Positions 11,397 to 24,510 of a DNA stretch of 64,000 nt are shown here, in pieces. The notes below the pieces were generated by a model. The model saw only the letters and a program-made list of their open reading frames with translations, was not told the origin of the DNA and did not search any database. The translations under genes and the position numbers were made by a program. The DNA comes from Rebecca billardiae RCC1528. Its lineage: Eukaryota; Protista; Haptophyta. Where the stretch lies: assembly GCA_965240325.2 (NCBI GenBank), contig OZ251225.1:310001-374000 (forward strand). Reading direction: 5' to 3'. Position 1 is the first letter of the stretch. Every line of letters begins with the position of its first letter.

Positions 11397-11680
11397 CTTG
11401 GGATGACGAGTCACCAACCCAGTTGGCCCCGAAAAAAACAGCAAAGCCGGACTACTTACCGTTCGTGAACCGGAACCTCCAGCCGCTCGCCCGCCGCGCC
11501 GGGCGGCCCCGCTCCAGCCGCCGAGCTTCCGAACCGGCTCAACCAGACGAAGAGAACCAAACTTGCTCGACTGTGACGATCGTCGTCGTCGTTCGTCCGT
11601 CGAGCCGTTTCGCAACGACTTTGTTGTTGTACGTACGGTACTGCGGCCGGCCGCGAGCACTGATACCGAACGCACGTCCG

Positions 11681-13623
11681 ATGACGCTTGGCACCCATGA
11701 GACTCGGCTGCTCGCCGACAGCGAGGCGTGCGAGGCTGCTGCGGTCGAGGGCCTGCAACCAGTCCGCACACGCCACCAACAACCCGCACGAAGAAGGGTC
11801 CTGACAGTTGCCGTGCTCGCACTCTTTGCGTGCCTGCTTGGCGCTCATGCGGGTGCACGCGCGGGCACAGGCGCACCTGGGGCTGGCGTGCTGGAGCGGC
11901 TGCAGGAGACGGTGCCGGGCGCAGCGCCGGCGCTTCTGACGCCAACATGCGCGATGCTCATACAGACTGCCCGCGAGACCTCCGACCGCCTAACCCCGCA
12001 GCCCGGCTGCGTTCCCTTCCGCCCGGTGGCCATGGGCGGCGGAGCGGGCGCTGATGCCGCGCTGCAGCTCGACCTCACCGCTGCGCGCGTGGACCAGACG
12101 ATCCTCGGCTTCGGCGGAGCGTTCACCGAAGCAGCTGCGCTCACGTGGCAGGCGCTCACGCCCGAGCTGCAGCTGCAGCTGCTCCGGGCGTACTTCCATC
12201 CCACCGACGGTATCGGGTACACGCTCGGGCGCGTGCCCATCAACTCGTGCGACTTTGCGCTGCACAGCTACTCGTTTGACGACGTGCCGGAGGACTACAA
12301 CCTGTTCATGTTTGACAACGAGGTGTCGCATGACAAGCGCACGCTCATCCCATTCATCAAGGCGGCGCAGGCCCTTCTGGGCGACGAGCACCCGCTCAAG
12401 ATTTTGGCGTCGCCGTGGTCGCCGCCGGCGTGGATGAAGCTCAACCAGCAGATGACGGGCTCGCCCCGCCCCGCCGGACTGCGCCCCGAGTGCCACACGG
12501 TCTGGGCACGGTACATTGTGCGCTGGCTGGACGCGTACACGCGGCAAGGCGTGCGCATCTGGGCTCTCACCACGCAGAACGAGCCTGAGAACACCGGACC
12601 GTGGGAGGCCTGCGTCTGGGAGGCGCCCGACCTCGCCGCGTGGGCGCGCACCGAGCTCGGCCCGCTTGTCAAGAGCACGCACCCCGAGGTCAAGCTCTTC
12701 GCGTACGATCACAATCGGGTGCGCGACTGCGATGCACGGGTGCACCCTGCGCAGCTCTGTCGCAAGCGCGACCGCGTCGCGCTCACCTGCTCGCCCGCGT
12801 CCGTGCGTGCGCCACGGCGCGGTGTGCGCGCGCGCCGGCCATCCGGCCGCAGGACCACATGCGGCAGTGGGCGGACGTCACGTACGCGGACGCGGCCACC
12901 GCGGGCTACTTCGAGGGGTTGGCAATCCACTGGTACAAGGGCGACCACTTTGACGCGATCCGTGACGTGCGCACTCGGTACCCGAATAAAATCATCCTCA
13001 ACACAGAGGCGACCTACGAGCGCCATCGCTGGCCGCGCGCCTCCAACGGCGCGCCTGCCCTCCCGGTGAGCGGCGACGGCGAGTGGAGCTTTGGGCTCGG
13101 GTACGCGCACGACATCTTGGGGAGCCTGAATGCTGGCTCGTCGGGCTGGATTGACTGGAATCTCCTGCTCGACGAGTGGGGAGGCCCGAACCACGCGGAC
13201 AACGCGTGCGCGGCTGCCGCGATGGCCAACGTCAGCTCGCAGGAGCTGGCGTTGCACGCGCAGTACTACGCCATCGGGCACGTCTCCAAGTTTGTGCCGC
13301 CGGACTCCGTGCGCCTCGTCGCGCGCGCAACAGATGGGGACGGCTCCGAGCTGCTGAGTCGGCCGCCTAGCGCTCCCGAGCGGCCGTACGGCACGTGTGG
13401 CCCCGAGGACGGCGTGCAGGGCGCGGCGTTCCTCAGGCCGGACGGCAAGGTGGCCACGGTGGCACTCAATTGCGGGGATGAAGCGCGTCCGTGGCGCATC
13501 GTCGACGGCGAGATCGCGCTGGATCTGACCATCCCGGCGCGGAGCATCCAGACGGTGCTCCATCAGAGGCCGACACGGGAGAGCTTGGCCACGCTGCACT
13601 CGCAATACCGACGCCGCCGATGA
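11681..13623 (+). CDS. GBA: Glucosylceramidase, glycoside hydrolase family 30 (2 exons; intron 12719-12852)
   Basis: QTILGFGGAFTEA, GRVPINSCDF, ASPWSPPAWMK, catalytic QNEP and NTEA, WIDWNLLLDEWGGPNH. A GT-AG intron joins YDHNR|DHMRQW. Confidence 0.95.
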
Positions 13624-14718
13624 TATACTGATGTCTGATCTGATTTACGTAGTAATATATACAGACTGATGAGAGTAGTGAGTGTGAGTACTGTCAAGCC
13701 TACGAACTAAACACTAAACAGTCAGTCAGACTCACTAGAAGTCTGAGACTGACCCGCACGCGGCGGTGATCTTTCATTCCAGATCGAAAGATGCGCTCAT
13801 CTTCACTGACACTACTGCTCTAGATATCTAATATCCGTATCTTGTATTATAATCTAATCTCTTGCGCGCGCGGTCACACTCGGCCTCGGGCCTCGCAAGT
13901 GACTAGTGAGTCGCGGCGGACAGCCGCGGGCGACAGACACGGTCACGGTTCGGGTTCAGCGCGGCCGACGACAGCGCTCACCGCGGGCGGGCAGTGACCT
14001 GTGTCTAATTAAAGTGACGATGGCTCTCTCTCTCTCTAATGTTAAGTTACTTTACTACTCGAATATTACGGCTTATAAGACTAAGGCTTCAGCAGTACGA
14101 CTGTCAGAAACTTGTGTGTGTCATTACTCGGTTTGTGACGCACGCAGGGGGGGTGCGATACTCTCCGACTGTCAGACTAACAGTACAGGATGAACTGCGC
14201 ATGGCTCATCCGACTGCGTGGGACATCATGCAGATCTGATTCAGACTTGACTCGGGTGGGCCCACTGGCCACTGCGGGCCACAGCATTGTGGCGACGAGG
14301 GCAGGCTCAAAGCGAGATACTTACTTCCTTTGTACCAGCTATCGTGTCGTACCGCGCACCGAGTACTACCTGACTACTAGGACGTATGGGGTTCAACGGA
14401 TCATTGACAGGTCTGCTTCGTCACACGGTACGCCTCAGAGGCCAGAGGTCCGCATGGCCGTCTGAAGGGTGCGGCCTGGCCCCTACTCATTCCGCCATCC
14501 GCTTCCCATGCGCAGCCTCGCGCGCCCCGGTTGCACGAGGACGTGGACGTGAGAGTGGTCGAAAAGTCAGAAAGGAAGCTGTCACACATGCTCACGCGCT
14601 CGCACAACCGCGCCAACCCTGCCTACGCCACGCCCCGGTGACCCGGCTGTGGCCGGGGCCTTAGATCGCGGTGGGACGGGCGTCGCTCGGCAGGGAAACA
14701 ACCGGTTCCTGCGCCGTC

Positions 14719-15675
14719 AAGCATTGGGCGAGTGAGTGCGAGTCCGGTGCAAGGAGGGACTGACGGTCCGGACTCGCTCACACGGAGCCCGGACGTATTG
14801 GTCGCGGATCTGTGAAAACTCGCAGAATGGCGCTCATTCGCGGTAGGTTGAGCATGCCGCCCGCAGTGAAGCTTCAACTGGTCAGAACCAGCCGGGTATG
14901 GCCAATGTAAGCATTGGGCAGGACGAGACGAGCGCATATACGCTCCCCGAGGCCGGCTGGCTGGCCACTGTGGCATCCTTGCACAGCATTCGCACGGCGT
15001 GCACGGGCGCCGGTCTGGGCCCAACCCGACTCTGCACGAGCACCATTATCAGGGAGCTCTCGTGCGTTCCATCGCGGGGACTTTCGGGTGGAAAGGGTCG
15101 CGTGTGTGCAGGCACGCGAGTGTGAGCACCTATGCCCCCGTACTACATGGATACACCGGTACTTGGCGAATCAAAGAGCCCCTAGACGAATCAGTCTACG
15201 AGCTCCCGCACGAGTCACTCACTACCGGTGTATTCATGTAGTACGGGGGCATACGTGCTCACACTCGCGTGCCTGCATACACGCGACCCTTCCCACCCGA
15301 AAGTCCCCGCGATGGCACGCACGAGAGCTCCCTGATAATGGTGCTCGTGCAGAGTCGGGTCGGGCCCAGACCGGCGCCCGTGGCCGCGTGCACGCCGTGC
15401 GAATGCTGTGCAAGGATGCCACAGTGGCCAGCCAGCCGGCCTCCGGGGAGCGTGTATGCGCTCGTCTCGTCCTGCCCAACGCTTACATTGGCCATACCCG
15501 GCTGGTTCTGACCAGTTGAAGCTTCACTGCGGGCGGCATGCTCAACCTACCGCGAATGAGCGCCATTCTGCGAGTTTTCACAGATCCGCGACCCAGACGG
15601 CCGGGCTCCGTGTGAGTGAGTCCGGACCGTCAGTCCCTCCCGGGCTCCCGGACTCAATAAGCGCGCCCACTGCTT
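14719..15675. repeat. Long inverted repeat (about 410-450 bp arms, 61-bp spacer 15162-15222)
   Basis: Core arms 14753-15161 and 15223-15640 are near-perfect reverse complements; no TSD found. Confidence 0.9.
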
Positions 15676-15693
15676 ATAATGATACCTAAGATC

Positions 15694-15761
15694 CTACAGT
15701 TTACTATGTTTTAACGTGCACACTTGGTTAAGGCGTGATTGACGCCATCCAACACTGCACA
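15694..15761 (+). repeat. Short dispersed repeat, probably a transposon terminus (TA-CAGT...); other copies at 9884-9928 (+) and 54025-54097 (-)
   Basis: CTACAGTTTACTATGTTTTAACGTGCACACTTGGTTAAGGCGTGA is identical at 9884 and 15694, with a diverged inverted copy ending at 54097. Confidence 0.75.
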
Positions 15762-18700
15762 GTACTGCGGTGGTTTAAATTCTGTGCTATGTCAACCACA
15801 TTTTAACCGCAAAGCCAATTCGACTGCATATGAGCCCTATCAATTGACGAATCATCTGCACTATTCATTCATCACAAAGTATTATGGCCCGCGGTGCAGG
15901 GCGGAGCGCGTAGCGTGGAGCCCCGCCGGGGGCCCTCACTACGTTGTCAAAAAGCAGATCTTTTGATCAAAGAAAAGGGGACGGGGGACGATTTTGAGGG
16001 CTGTTGGAGGGTGAGTTTTCGCTTTTTCGAGGGGTACATTCGCCCATTGCTCTGCATTAGCAAGACGCGATTGACGAAATAGCCGCGCCCGGGCCATTTC
16101 GCATATGTCGATGGACGGACGTGCATTTGTCAGTATATCTGGGTGAACGAATCTGCGATTTGTTGTAAATCTTCATAGCATATTGCCAAATAGGACGAGG
16201 ACCCAGCGCGTGCGCTGGAGGTCCTGGCCCTGGGCTCCTGGCAAAAAGTCTTCGTCAAGTACTCAACTTTACTAACGACGAACCTTTATTGCGCGGTGCC
16301 AAATTACTCAACTTTACACCTGAATGACCCCAGTGGGCGGAAATGGCCATATCTCTAGCCTGGTCCAAACGCACTGGAGCACTTTCGGGGATTTTATCGC
16401 CAAATGAACGCGGGCCCCTAGGCACGCGCTCACACCCGGAAACAGCGTAACAAATGGGCCCAGCCCGGGCGCAGCAAAAGTTTCGGCCTAAAAATCGCAT
16501 CCGTGGCCCGTCGTGAGCGTGCGCGCGCGCGCCGCGGACAACTACGGACACATAGAGAATCGTCAGTCTGAATGTGGGTAAGTACTTAGCCGAAATGAGC
16601 CCAAACGCACGAACTTACTTATTGGCGTACGTCGAGGCGAGCATGAACCCTGGTACAGGCCATTAGGATGGGCTGTGGTCTGTGCGCAAGTGGCCGTACT
16701 CAACTACTGCAAGATCGACTATATTACCCATTTATACCCGCATATTATGGGCAATGTACCCGCATAAGTATGAGTTCTGGACCTGTATAGTTGAAATGCC
16801 ACTATGTCGTTACATATTCGCCATAGGTGGGTAGCTGTCCCAGGCTGCACGATTAGTGCGGCGCTCGGGGTGCAGTGGTCGGACGAGGCTCCGCCTGGCC
16901 TTCCGCGCACTCCTGCAGACAAGAAGAGGGCCGGACTCCCACCCGGCCAGGCGTGCGGCAGTCGGTCAGGTGCTGGACCTGATCTGGAGACCATCTCCTG
17001 CGTGGCAACTGGCCGATCTGCGGCACAACGCGCGCCGCCGTGAGCCACACGGCAGGTTCGCAATGGATCCGGATCGCGTGTCCATGGCGGCGTGCATCGA
17101 GTCATTCAAGCTGTCAAGTCGCGTGCCACGCCCGCCCTTTCACTTGGGGCATCAGTACTGCCTACAACGACGACATGTGCGTCCTTAGATGAGGCATAAT
17201 CGCGATTCTAGCTGCCCGTCCAAGGGTCAGATCGCACGTCTTTGCTCGCCCGACAGCCTCAACGGCGGACTGATGTGATCCGCGGGTGACGATGCGACCG
17301 CTTCGAGTGCGCCTACGGCCACCACCGGGGTGGGGATCGTTCATGGGCACCCTCTGCGTGCCATGACATGCTCTGGCCGTGCGTGGTGACTTGGCCCACC
17401 GCGCGTAAACGGGAAAGACACCCGAGCACGTGCTTCCGAGCCACCCGAATGGCACAATGTGCCACCCATGGACACCAAACACGTGCCAGAGCGCGAGCCT
17501 TGCGTGCTGGAGTAGCCGCACGACACCAAGGAAGACGTATGAGCGCTCTCAACCATCTTCAAGCGACGACTCCGTCGACTCTGCCTCGCAGACCGCGGTA
17601 CGATCCTCGACCTTGTGCTCGCAGCAAAGGCCATGACGGTAAAGCAGCACCCAGGCGATGGGAGTCAGCCGGCAGCCACTACACTGCGACTGTACACACC
17701 CAGCCCCGCAAGGCGAGCCATCCTGCTCGCCACCAGCCCGTCATACAGCTCCACGAGGAGCACAAATCGACAGCCGCCGCTCAGGACGACCCATGCGCGA
17801 ACGTGACGGGACTGGCCGGATGAAGCGTTGGCGATGCGCAGCGCGCCCAACGCTGGTGGTGGCATCGAGTACATGCTAGGGGTAGGCGGTGGCCCACACG
17901 AGCCGTCGCGTGGCCCGCATATTACCCGAGGTGGCCCGTCTCGAAGGCGCCGCGCAACCCAGCAGGTGAGCGTTCGACGCGCGCCGTCAGGCGAGAAGTC
18001 GACCTGGCGACGGACCGCGGGCGGCGGAAGCAACGCAGACATGTCGCTCAAGGTGTGCACGCACACCACCGGGGCACCCGAACGATGTGTCCAGCACTAC
18101 ACCTGACATGAGGCGGCGCAGTCGTCCAGTCGAGGCTCTCGAGCCCCTTCCAACCTTCGTCGCGGCGAGCCGTCGGACGGCCGGTGCGATTTTTGACGAG
18201 CGCGACGAGCGACGAGAAAAATCGGGAGAAATGAGGCGCCCAAAATCCGAAAAGGCTTTTTCACTGGCGAAAATCGGGATGGACCAGGCTAATATCTCCC
18301 GGAGATCGGGAGTACTCACACGTGTGAGTCATGTTTCGTCCTTTTTCCCGAGACGTTGATTGGTCAAACGCTCAGCATTCTATGTCCACAATTCCATATC
18401 GACACAACACAACTCCTACCAACCTGTGTACTAAAAACCTTGGGTTAGCTGCACAACGACCAATCAGCGCGCAGCGAGCGGAGAGACTCGAAAACCGATA
18501 ATCACTCACGCATTTACTATGATGTTTGCTCTTCGCCCATGCCAACTTTGCTATTGACAAAAACGCAGCGGCTTGGTTACGACCCATAGAAAGACGACCA
18601 CCAATCAGCACACAGCAAACGAGACAACCTTCACTTTCGAGCGGGCGAAAGGAGCTTTGGCCTTCAACCCGCAGGCATATGCGTTCTGGCGCTGGCCTTC

Positions 18701-20100
18701 GTTCGGCGCCCGAGCATCATCGGTAGACGTGTGGCGTGCCGGCCCACGGTCCGCCGCCCTCGCCCTGCTCATCTTCATCGTCTCCTCATCCTCCTCGTCG
18801 TCCGCGCCGCCGCCGTGCGCCAGCGCCTCCGCCAGCGCGGCGCCGCGCAGGTGCTCGCGGAACAGCGCGACGGCGCCAGAGCGCGCCGGCCGGCGTGGCG
18901 CCGGCGGGCGGGCGCGCGGCGCTCAGCGCGGTGCCGAGCAGCCCGCCGAGCGCGCGCAGCTGCGCACCCGCCGGCAGCTCGAGCAGCGCCGCGTGGCACG
19001 CGCCCGCGCCGGCGGCGCCGAGCTCCGCGCACAGCACGGACAGCCCTCGTGCCCACGCCGCCGCGCGCCCGCCCGCGCCCGCGGCGTGCAGCGCGCCGAG
19101 CGCGGCGCCGAGCGCGGCGCGCGCTGCGGACGTGTCGGCGGCGCACAGCGCACCCGCCACCGCGCCCAGTGCACACGCGGCACACGCGAGCAGCTTGAGC
19201 ACGCTCGCGCATGCCAACTGCGAGTGCGGAGGCGCTGGGCGCCGAGCTGGCGAAGCGCGGCGCCGAGCTCGACGCGCTGCGCGACGCGGAGACGGACGCG
19301 CTGGGCGCGCGTGGCGCCCTCGTCGCGACGCCCCGTGCAGCAGCTCGAGCAGCCAGCTGTGGAGTAGACGGCCGTCGAGGCGATCGGCGCCGGGCGCCAG
19401 CGCGCACGGGCTCAGCCCGTGCCGCTGGCTCGGGCCGCCGCAGCCGTCTTCGAGGCCGACGCGGCGGAGGAGGCGGCGGGCGAGCACGGCGGCGCGGTGG
19501 AGCAGGCGCGCACGCGCGGCGGCAGGCGCGACGCGCCGCTCGCCTCGTTCCACCCCGAGCTCCGCTCGGTCTCGGTGCGCGGCTGCCGGCAGCGCAGGCC
19601 GGGGCAGCACTGCGCGGCGCGCGCTCTCGCTCCGTCTGCCGGCACGAGGTGCGCCGGCTGAGTGAGCGACCAGCGGCCCGTCGTCGAGCGCATGGCGCCG
19701 CGCGAGCACGTCAAGCAGACTGTGCGCCCGCACGCGCGCACGCGCTGGCCCGCGCCGCGCGGCGCCTATCGCCCTGCCTGCGCGCGCGCGCCGCCCCGCG
19801 GCGGCCGCTTCCCCGCGCGGCGGCCCGCCGGCGACAGTCCTCGGCCCGCCGGCCCGGTGGGCGGTAACTGAGTTGTGGCGGTGGCAGCTCCGAGGCAAAC
19901 GAACTGTTACACATGTCCGACTGAGACAGCAGCCGACGGAGGGTGCACCGCGGGCCCCTAACTGCGTTGGTTCTACGGAAGGACCGCGGAACGCGGTCAT
20001 ATGGGGGTGGAGATGTCGTCGCGAGATCGGGGATCTCCAGGTGTCGTAGAGGATTCCAGGGCGTTTACTGCGCGGCGTGCACGGCCGCGGGGCGGGCGCG

Positions 20101-23100
20101 ATGCCACCGAGCGATGGCGAGGCGGAGGCGTGCCCGGCGGCGGGCCCAGGCGCGGCGGAGGAGGACCACGCGCTGGACTTCGCACCGGAAAGCCTACCAC
20201 CGCCGCTGCATGACCAGGTTTCCTCAGGGAGCGATGGCACCGAGGCGGCCATTGATCTGGACATTGGCCCGCCGAAGTACGAGCGCTCGCAACGACGCTT
20301 CGCTGACCCGGTCGAGGAGGATGACTTCTGCAACAAAGACCTGGCGCCCAAATTCGCCTATCGGATACGGTGGTACGCGCTCCTCTTCGCAGGCTTCACC
20401 CTCGTCTTCGTGCTCGGCGAGTTTGTGTGCGCGGGGTGGCAGATGAATGGGTCTGCGGCGCTGAACGCCCTCGTCTCGTGTGGCTACGCGATGCTGGGCG
20501 GGCTTGGCCACTACGGCCAGTCCAGGCCGATGCGCGTGCGCGTGTACGAGGCGGCGTGCATTCTCCTCCTCACCTGCCACTCGTCGGTCGTCGCGCTCAT
20601 GTTCTCGCCCGACCGTCTCGCGCTCTTTGGCCTGACGCCGCCGTCGTGCGACATCTGGCTCGCGCGCAACCACAGCCAGGTGACCTTCCGCACGGCGCTG
20701 CTGCCGGTCGCGACGGGGATCTTCCTGCCGTGCCAGCCGCACCCGTACGCCGGCTACCTGCTCGTCGTGCTGCTCCAGGCGCTGCTGCTCGACCACCTCG
20801 CGCCGCCGGCCGACTCGGTCTCGCGCTGGCAGGACTCCCTCACCCTCGCGTTCATCCTCTGGTCGATGATGTTCGGGCGGAACCACATCACCGCCGCCCG
20901 GCGCAACGAGTTCCACTACCGCCGCTCCATCGCCGCGGCCGTCCGCGCGGCGCAGCGCTCCGCGCGCGAGCGCCGCCGCCTCGAGGCGGCGGAGGCGACG
21001 CAGCGGCTGCAGCTGCTGACCGCGAACGCGGCCAAGCAGGCGCGCGGCCGGCTGATCCGCATCGTGATGCACGACCTGCGCAGCCCGCTGCTCTCGATCG
21101 CCAACATCGCGACCACGCTGCAGGAGCTGGACGCAGACGTCACGATGCGCTCGGCCGAAGTCGTGCCCCGCCTCGAGGCGCTCGGCACGTGTGCCACGCT
21201 GTGCGCGCACGCGTGCGCGCGCGTGCCCTTTTCGCGCGCGTGTGCGCGTGTGCTTGCGCGCAGCGCGCAGCGCGCAGCGCGCAGCGCGCAGCGCGCAGCG
21301 CGCACGCACGCACGCCGCGGCTCGCTGACGCGTCGAGCGCGTGCACGCCCCTCGCGCACGCAGAATGGAGAACATCGTGTCGGACATGCTCGACTTTGAG
21401 CGCATCGACAGGTCCGCCGACGCGCTCTCTCTCTCTCTCGCGCGCGCGCCCTCAGCTGCCGCCCCGAGAGCGCCGAGCCGCCGGCGCGCGCCTGCCGCGC
21501 GCGCCTCGCGCACCTCACCTCCCTCGGCGCTCGGCTGCGCGCGGTTCGCCTCGCGTGCTGCGTGCGCGCGCGCGCATCGCCACCGCAGCGGGCGGCTCGT
21601 CCTCGTGCCCAAGCGCTTCCACGTCAACAGCCTCGTCCGCGCCGCCATGGCGACCTTCTCAGGTCTCGCGCAGGCGAAGGGCGTGCAGCTCACGGCGCAG
21701 CGCATGCCGCCCAAGTACGCCAAGCGCTGCGTCGAGGGCGACGCGCGCCGGCTGCAGCAGTGCCTCAACAACGGCGTGAGCAACGCGGTGCGTGCGCGCG
21801 CGCGCGCCAGCCCGCCGCGCCTCCCGGCCGCGCGAGCGGAGCGGGCGCGTGTACCGGGCCGCAGGCCGCGCACGCGCGCGCGCCCCGCGCTGGCCCACGC
21901 GCGGGCGCGCGCTCGGACGGTCGCGGCCACGGCGTCGCCGCACGCCCTCACGCGCGCTCGCGCGCGCGCGCGCTCGGCTCTGGTGTGCCCGCGGGCGCAG
22001 ATCAAGTTCACCGACCCGGGCGGGAAGGTGACGATCACGGCGACGATCCTGGACGAGGTCCACCGCTACGGCGACGGCTGGGAGAGCGTGCGGCTGAGCG
22101 TGACGGACACGGGCATCGGCCTGCTGCCCGAGGAGCTCGAGGTGATCAACCGCGGCAACCTGTTTGCGCAGGTGGGGCGGGGGCAGCTGCAGGGGAACGG
22201 CGGCACGGGGCTCGGGCTCGGGATCACGCGGCAGCTGCTCGCGCTGCACAACGACTCGACGCTGCGCATGCACTCCGACGGGCCCGGCACGGGCACCACC
22301 TTCGAGCTGCAGCTCGACCTGAAGGCCATCCCGGGCGGCACGGCCGGCACGGTCGCGAGCTCGTCCGCGTGGTCCACCTCCTCGCCCATCGCGCCGGACC
22401 GGCTGGCGCTGCCGGGCGGCGGCGCGCAGGTGAAGGACGGCACGCCCAAGCTGCAGCACCGGCTGGGCGCCGTGCCGGCGAGCAAGCGGCTGAGCAACGC
22501 CGCGCGCTCCACCGGCAGTGCCGACTCGCCGCCCAGCTCGCCGCACCTGCGGCCGCTCGACAGCCGCACGCCCGCGCTCTCGCGCGAGCCGAGCCAGTCC
22601 TCGGTCACGCTCAGCAGCCTGGACACGAGCGACGCGCCCGCGGAGGCCGGCGCGCAGGTGGGCGTGGGTGTGCTCAAGCCGCCGCCGCGCGTGCTGTACG
22701 TCGACGACGACAAGTTCCTGCAGCTCACCATGCCCTCGCGCATCTTCGAGCGCATCGCCGTCGACTACGACACCGCGCTCGACGGCGCACAGGCGGTGGA
22801 CATGGTGCTCGAACAGAAGCGCTCCTACATCGTCATTCTCATGGACAACCAGGCGCGCGCGCGCGCGCGCGCGCTCCGCACGCGCGCCGCGCGCCCGGCG
22901 CGGGCTCACGCTCACTCGCCCCGCGCCGCCGCGCGCGCGCCACGCCCCGGCAGATGCCCAAGATGTGCGGCACGGCCGCGACGCGCGCGCTGCGGTACGG
23001 CGGCTACCAGGGCCGGATCATCGGCATGACGGGCGACCCTGGCGGCTCGTCCGACCGGGAGGAGTTCGAGGCGAGCGGGCTGGACATTTGCGTGGACAAG

Positions 23101-23556
23101 GACAACGCGGGGATCGACTCGGTGATGGGCATCATCCAGCGCGAGATCGCCGAGTACTACGGCGAGCCGCAGCTCGACGAGGGCTCGATGTACGACGACG
23201 AGAACGAAGGTTCGCAGGCGGCGGCGCAGGGTAGCAGCGCGGCCGGGGAGCTCTCGGACCCGCCGGAGCCGGAGGCACAGCCCGCGCCCAGAGGCGCTGC
23301 GCCGCCGGCTGCAGGGATGGAGCATGGAGCCCCTGCCGCCAGTGCCGCACCGCCAGCCGACGAACTGCCGAACGGCAACAGCAGTCCTACGCCAAAGCCA
23401 GCCGCGTCGCCGCCCCCATCCAAGCCGCCCGTCGGCGGCCCAGCAGCCGCGGCAACGGCGGCCGTAGCAGGCCCAGGGCTCGAGACCGAGTCGGCTGCGC
23501 CGGCGCCGACCTTTCTGCTCACTTCACACTCAATGAGCGACGCCGATGACGGCTAA
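20101..23556 (+). CDS. Membrane-bound hybrid histidine kinase (TMs-HisKA-HATPase-REC); introns 21201-21363, 21412-21588, 21788-22000 and 22853-22953 (GC-AG)
   Basis: H-box IVMHDLRSPL, N-box LQQCLNNGVSNA|IKFT, G1 DTGIGL, G2 GTGLGL. Receiver VLYVDDD...ILMDNQ|MPKMCG...IIGMTG. Splicing restores contiguous motifs. Confidence 0.92.
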
Positions 23557-24510
23557 GCTATGAGCACTCAATCATGAGCAGGATGCAACGTAGTAGTGCT
23601 GATGACGCTATACTCAGTATACGACTGCTACTATACTACCATGCGGGCTCTGGCCTTCGGTTGACCCCTGCCAGAGGTTACGGGCACTGTGAGCTCCTTC
23701 ATGAAGTCACTCGTGAACACTGCACAGGAGGACCTCAATGGATGCCTAGATGATGACTTCAGAGCGATATTGGGCCAACAAGCACTTCCTCTATAGTTCA
23801 GGCTACTCTATTTTACTATGTATTTACCCATTTCAGACTCTGGTCAGAACACGGTCCGGGCGCGATCCGGACTGCACCCGTAGCTATTGGAAATATATCA
23901 CCGGACTGGGTAAATAGCTATGAAAAAAGAGTCTGAAGAGTGAAGTAGTCACAAACTGAGTTTCACACCCTGGGCACTTATTGGCCATCCATACGGTAAC
24001 CCTACTTGGAGCCCTGTGGGACACTTCGGGTCTTCGGGCGTTCATTCGGCCGCAGGAATGCGACGAAGATCATTTTCGGTACGCCCGGTTTCTATGACCG
24101 GACTGGCAGGGGTCAACCGGAGCCAGAGCCACGTTGATGTAACTATACTGCGGGCGCTGACTGATATCCGCGTATCGACTGTGCGGGGCGTCGTCGATCC
24201 GACGGTAATCGACGATCGATCGTTCCGGAGACGATCATCATATCATCAGTCATCATCAGTGATCAGAGCCTACGGGTCGATGACTATGTCTATGACTGTA
24301 TGAGGTCGTAATTATTAGCTAGACTGTAGTCGTCAGCCTGCTCTATGATAGAGGGCATAGACGACTGATAGAGGCGGCGGCGGATTATGACAGTGAAATA
24401 CTAGTATAGTGGCTTATGCCGTAGTAGCAAGCTGACATCATCAGCTCGGCCTCTAGATAACTGCGCGCTGTCGAGGATCATATATACAAGATGCGGCGCG
24501 CGCTGTGTGA

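Noticed and set aside
15880-18480. Lower-GC region with transposon-end-like tracts
   Set aside because: It is probably repeat-derived, but I found no matching TIR/TSD pair and no recognisable ORF.
18610-19960. Possible gene(s) upstream of the histidine kinase
   Set aside because: Protein-like patches occur on both strands and in several frames. I could not build a consistent gene model or recognise a domain.
23804-23932. Small imperfect inverted repeat (MITE-like)
   Set aside because: It is too degenerate and has no TSD, so the evidence is insufficient.
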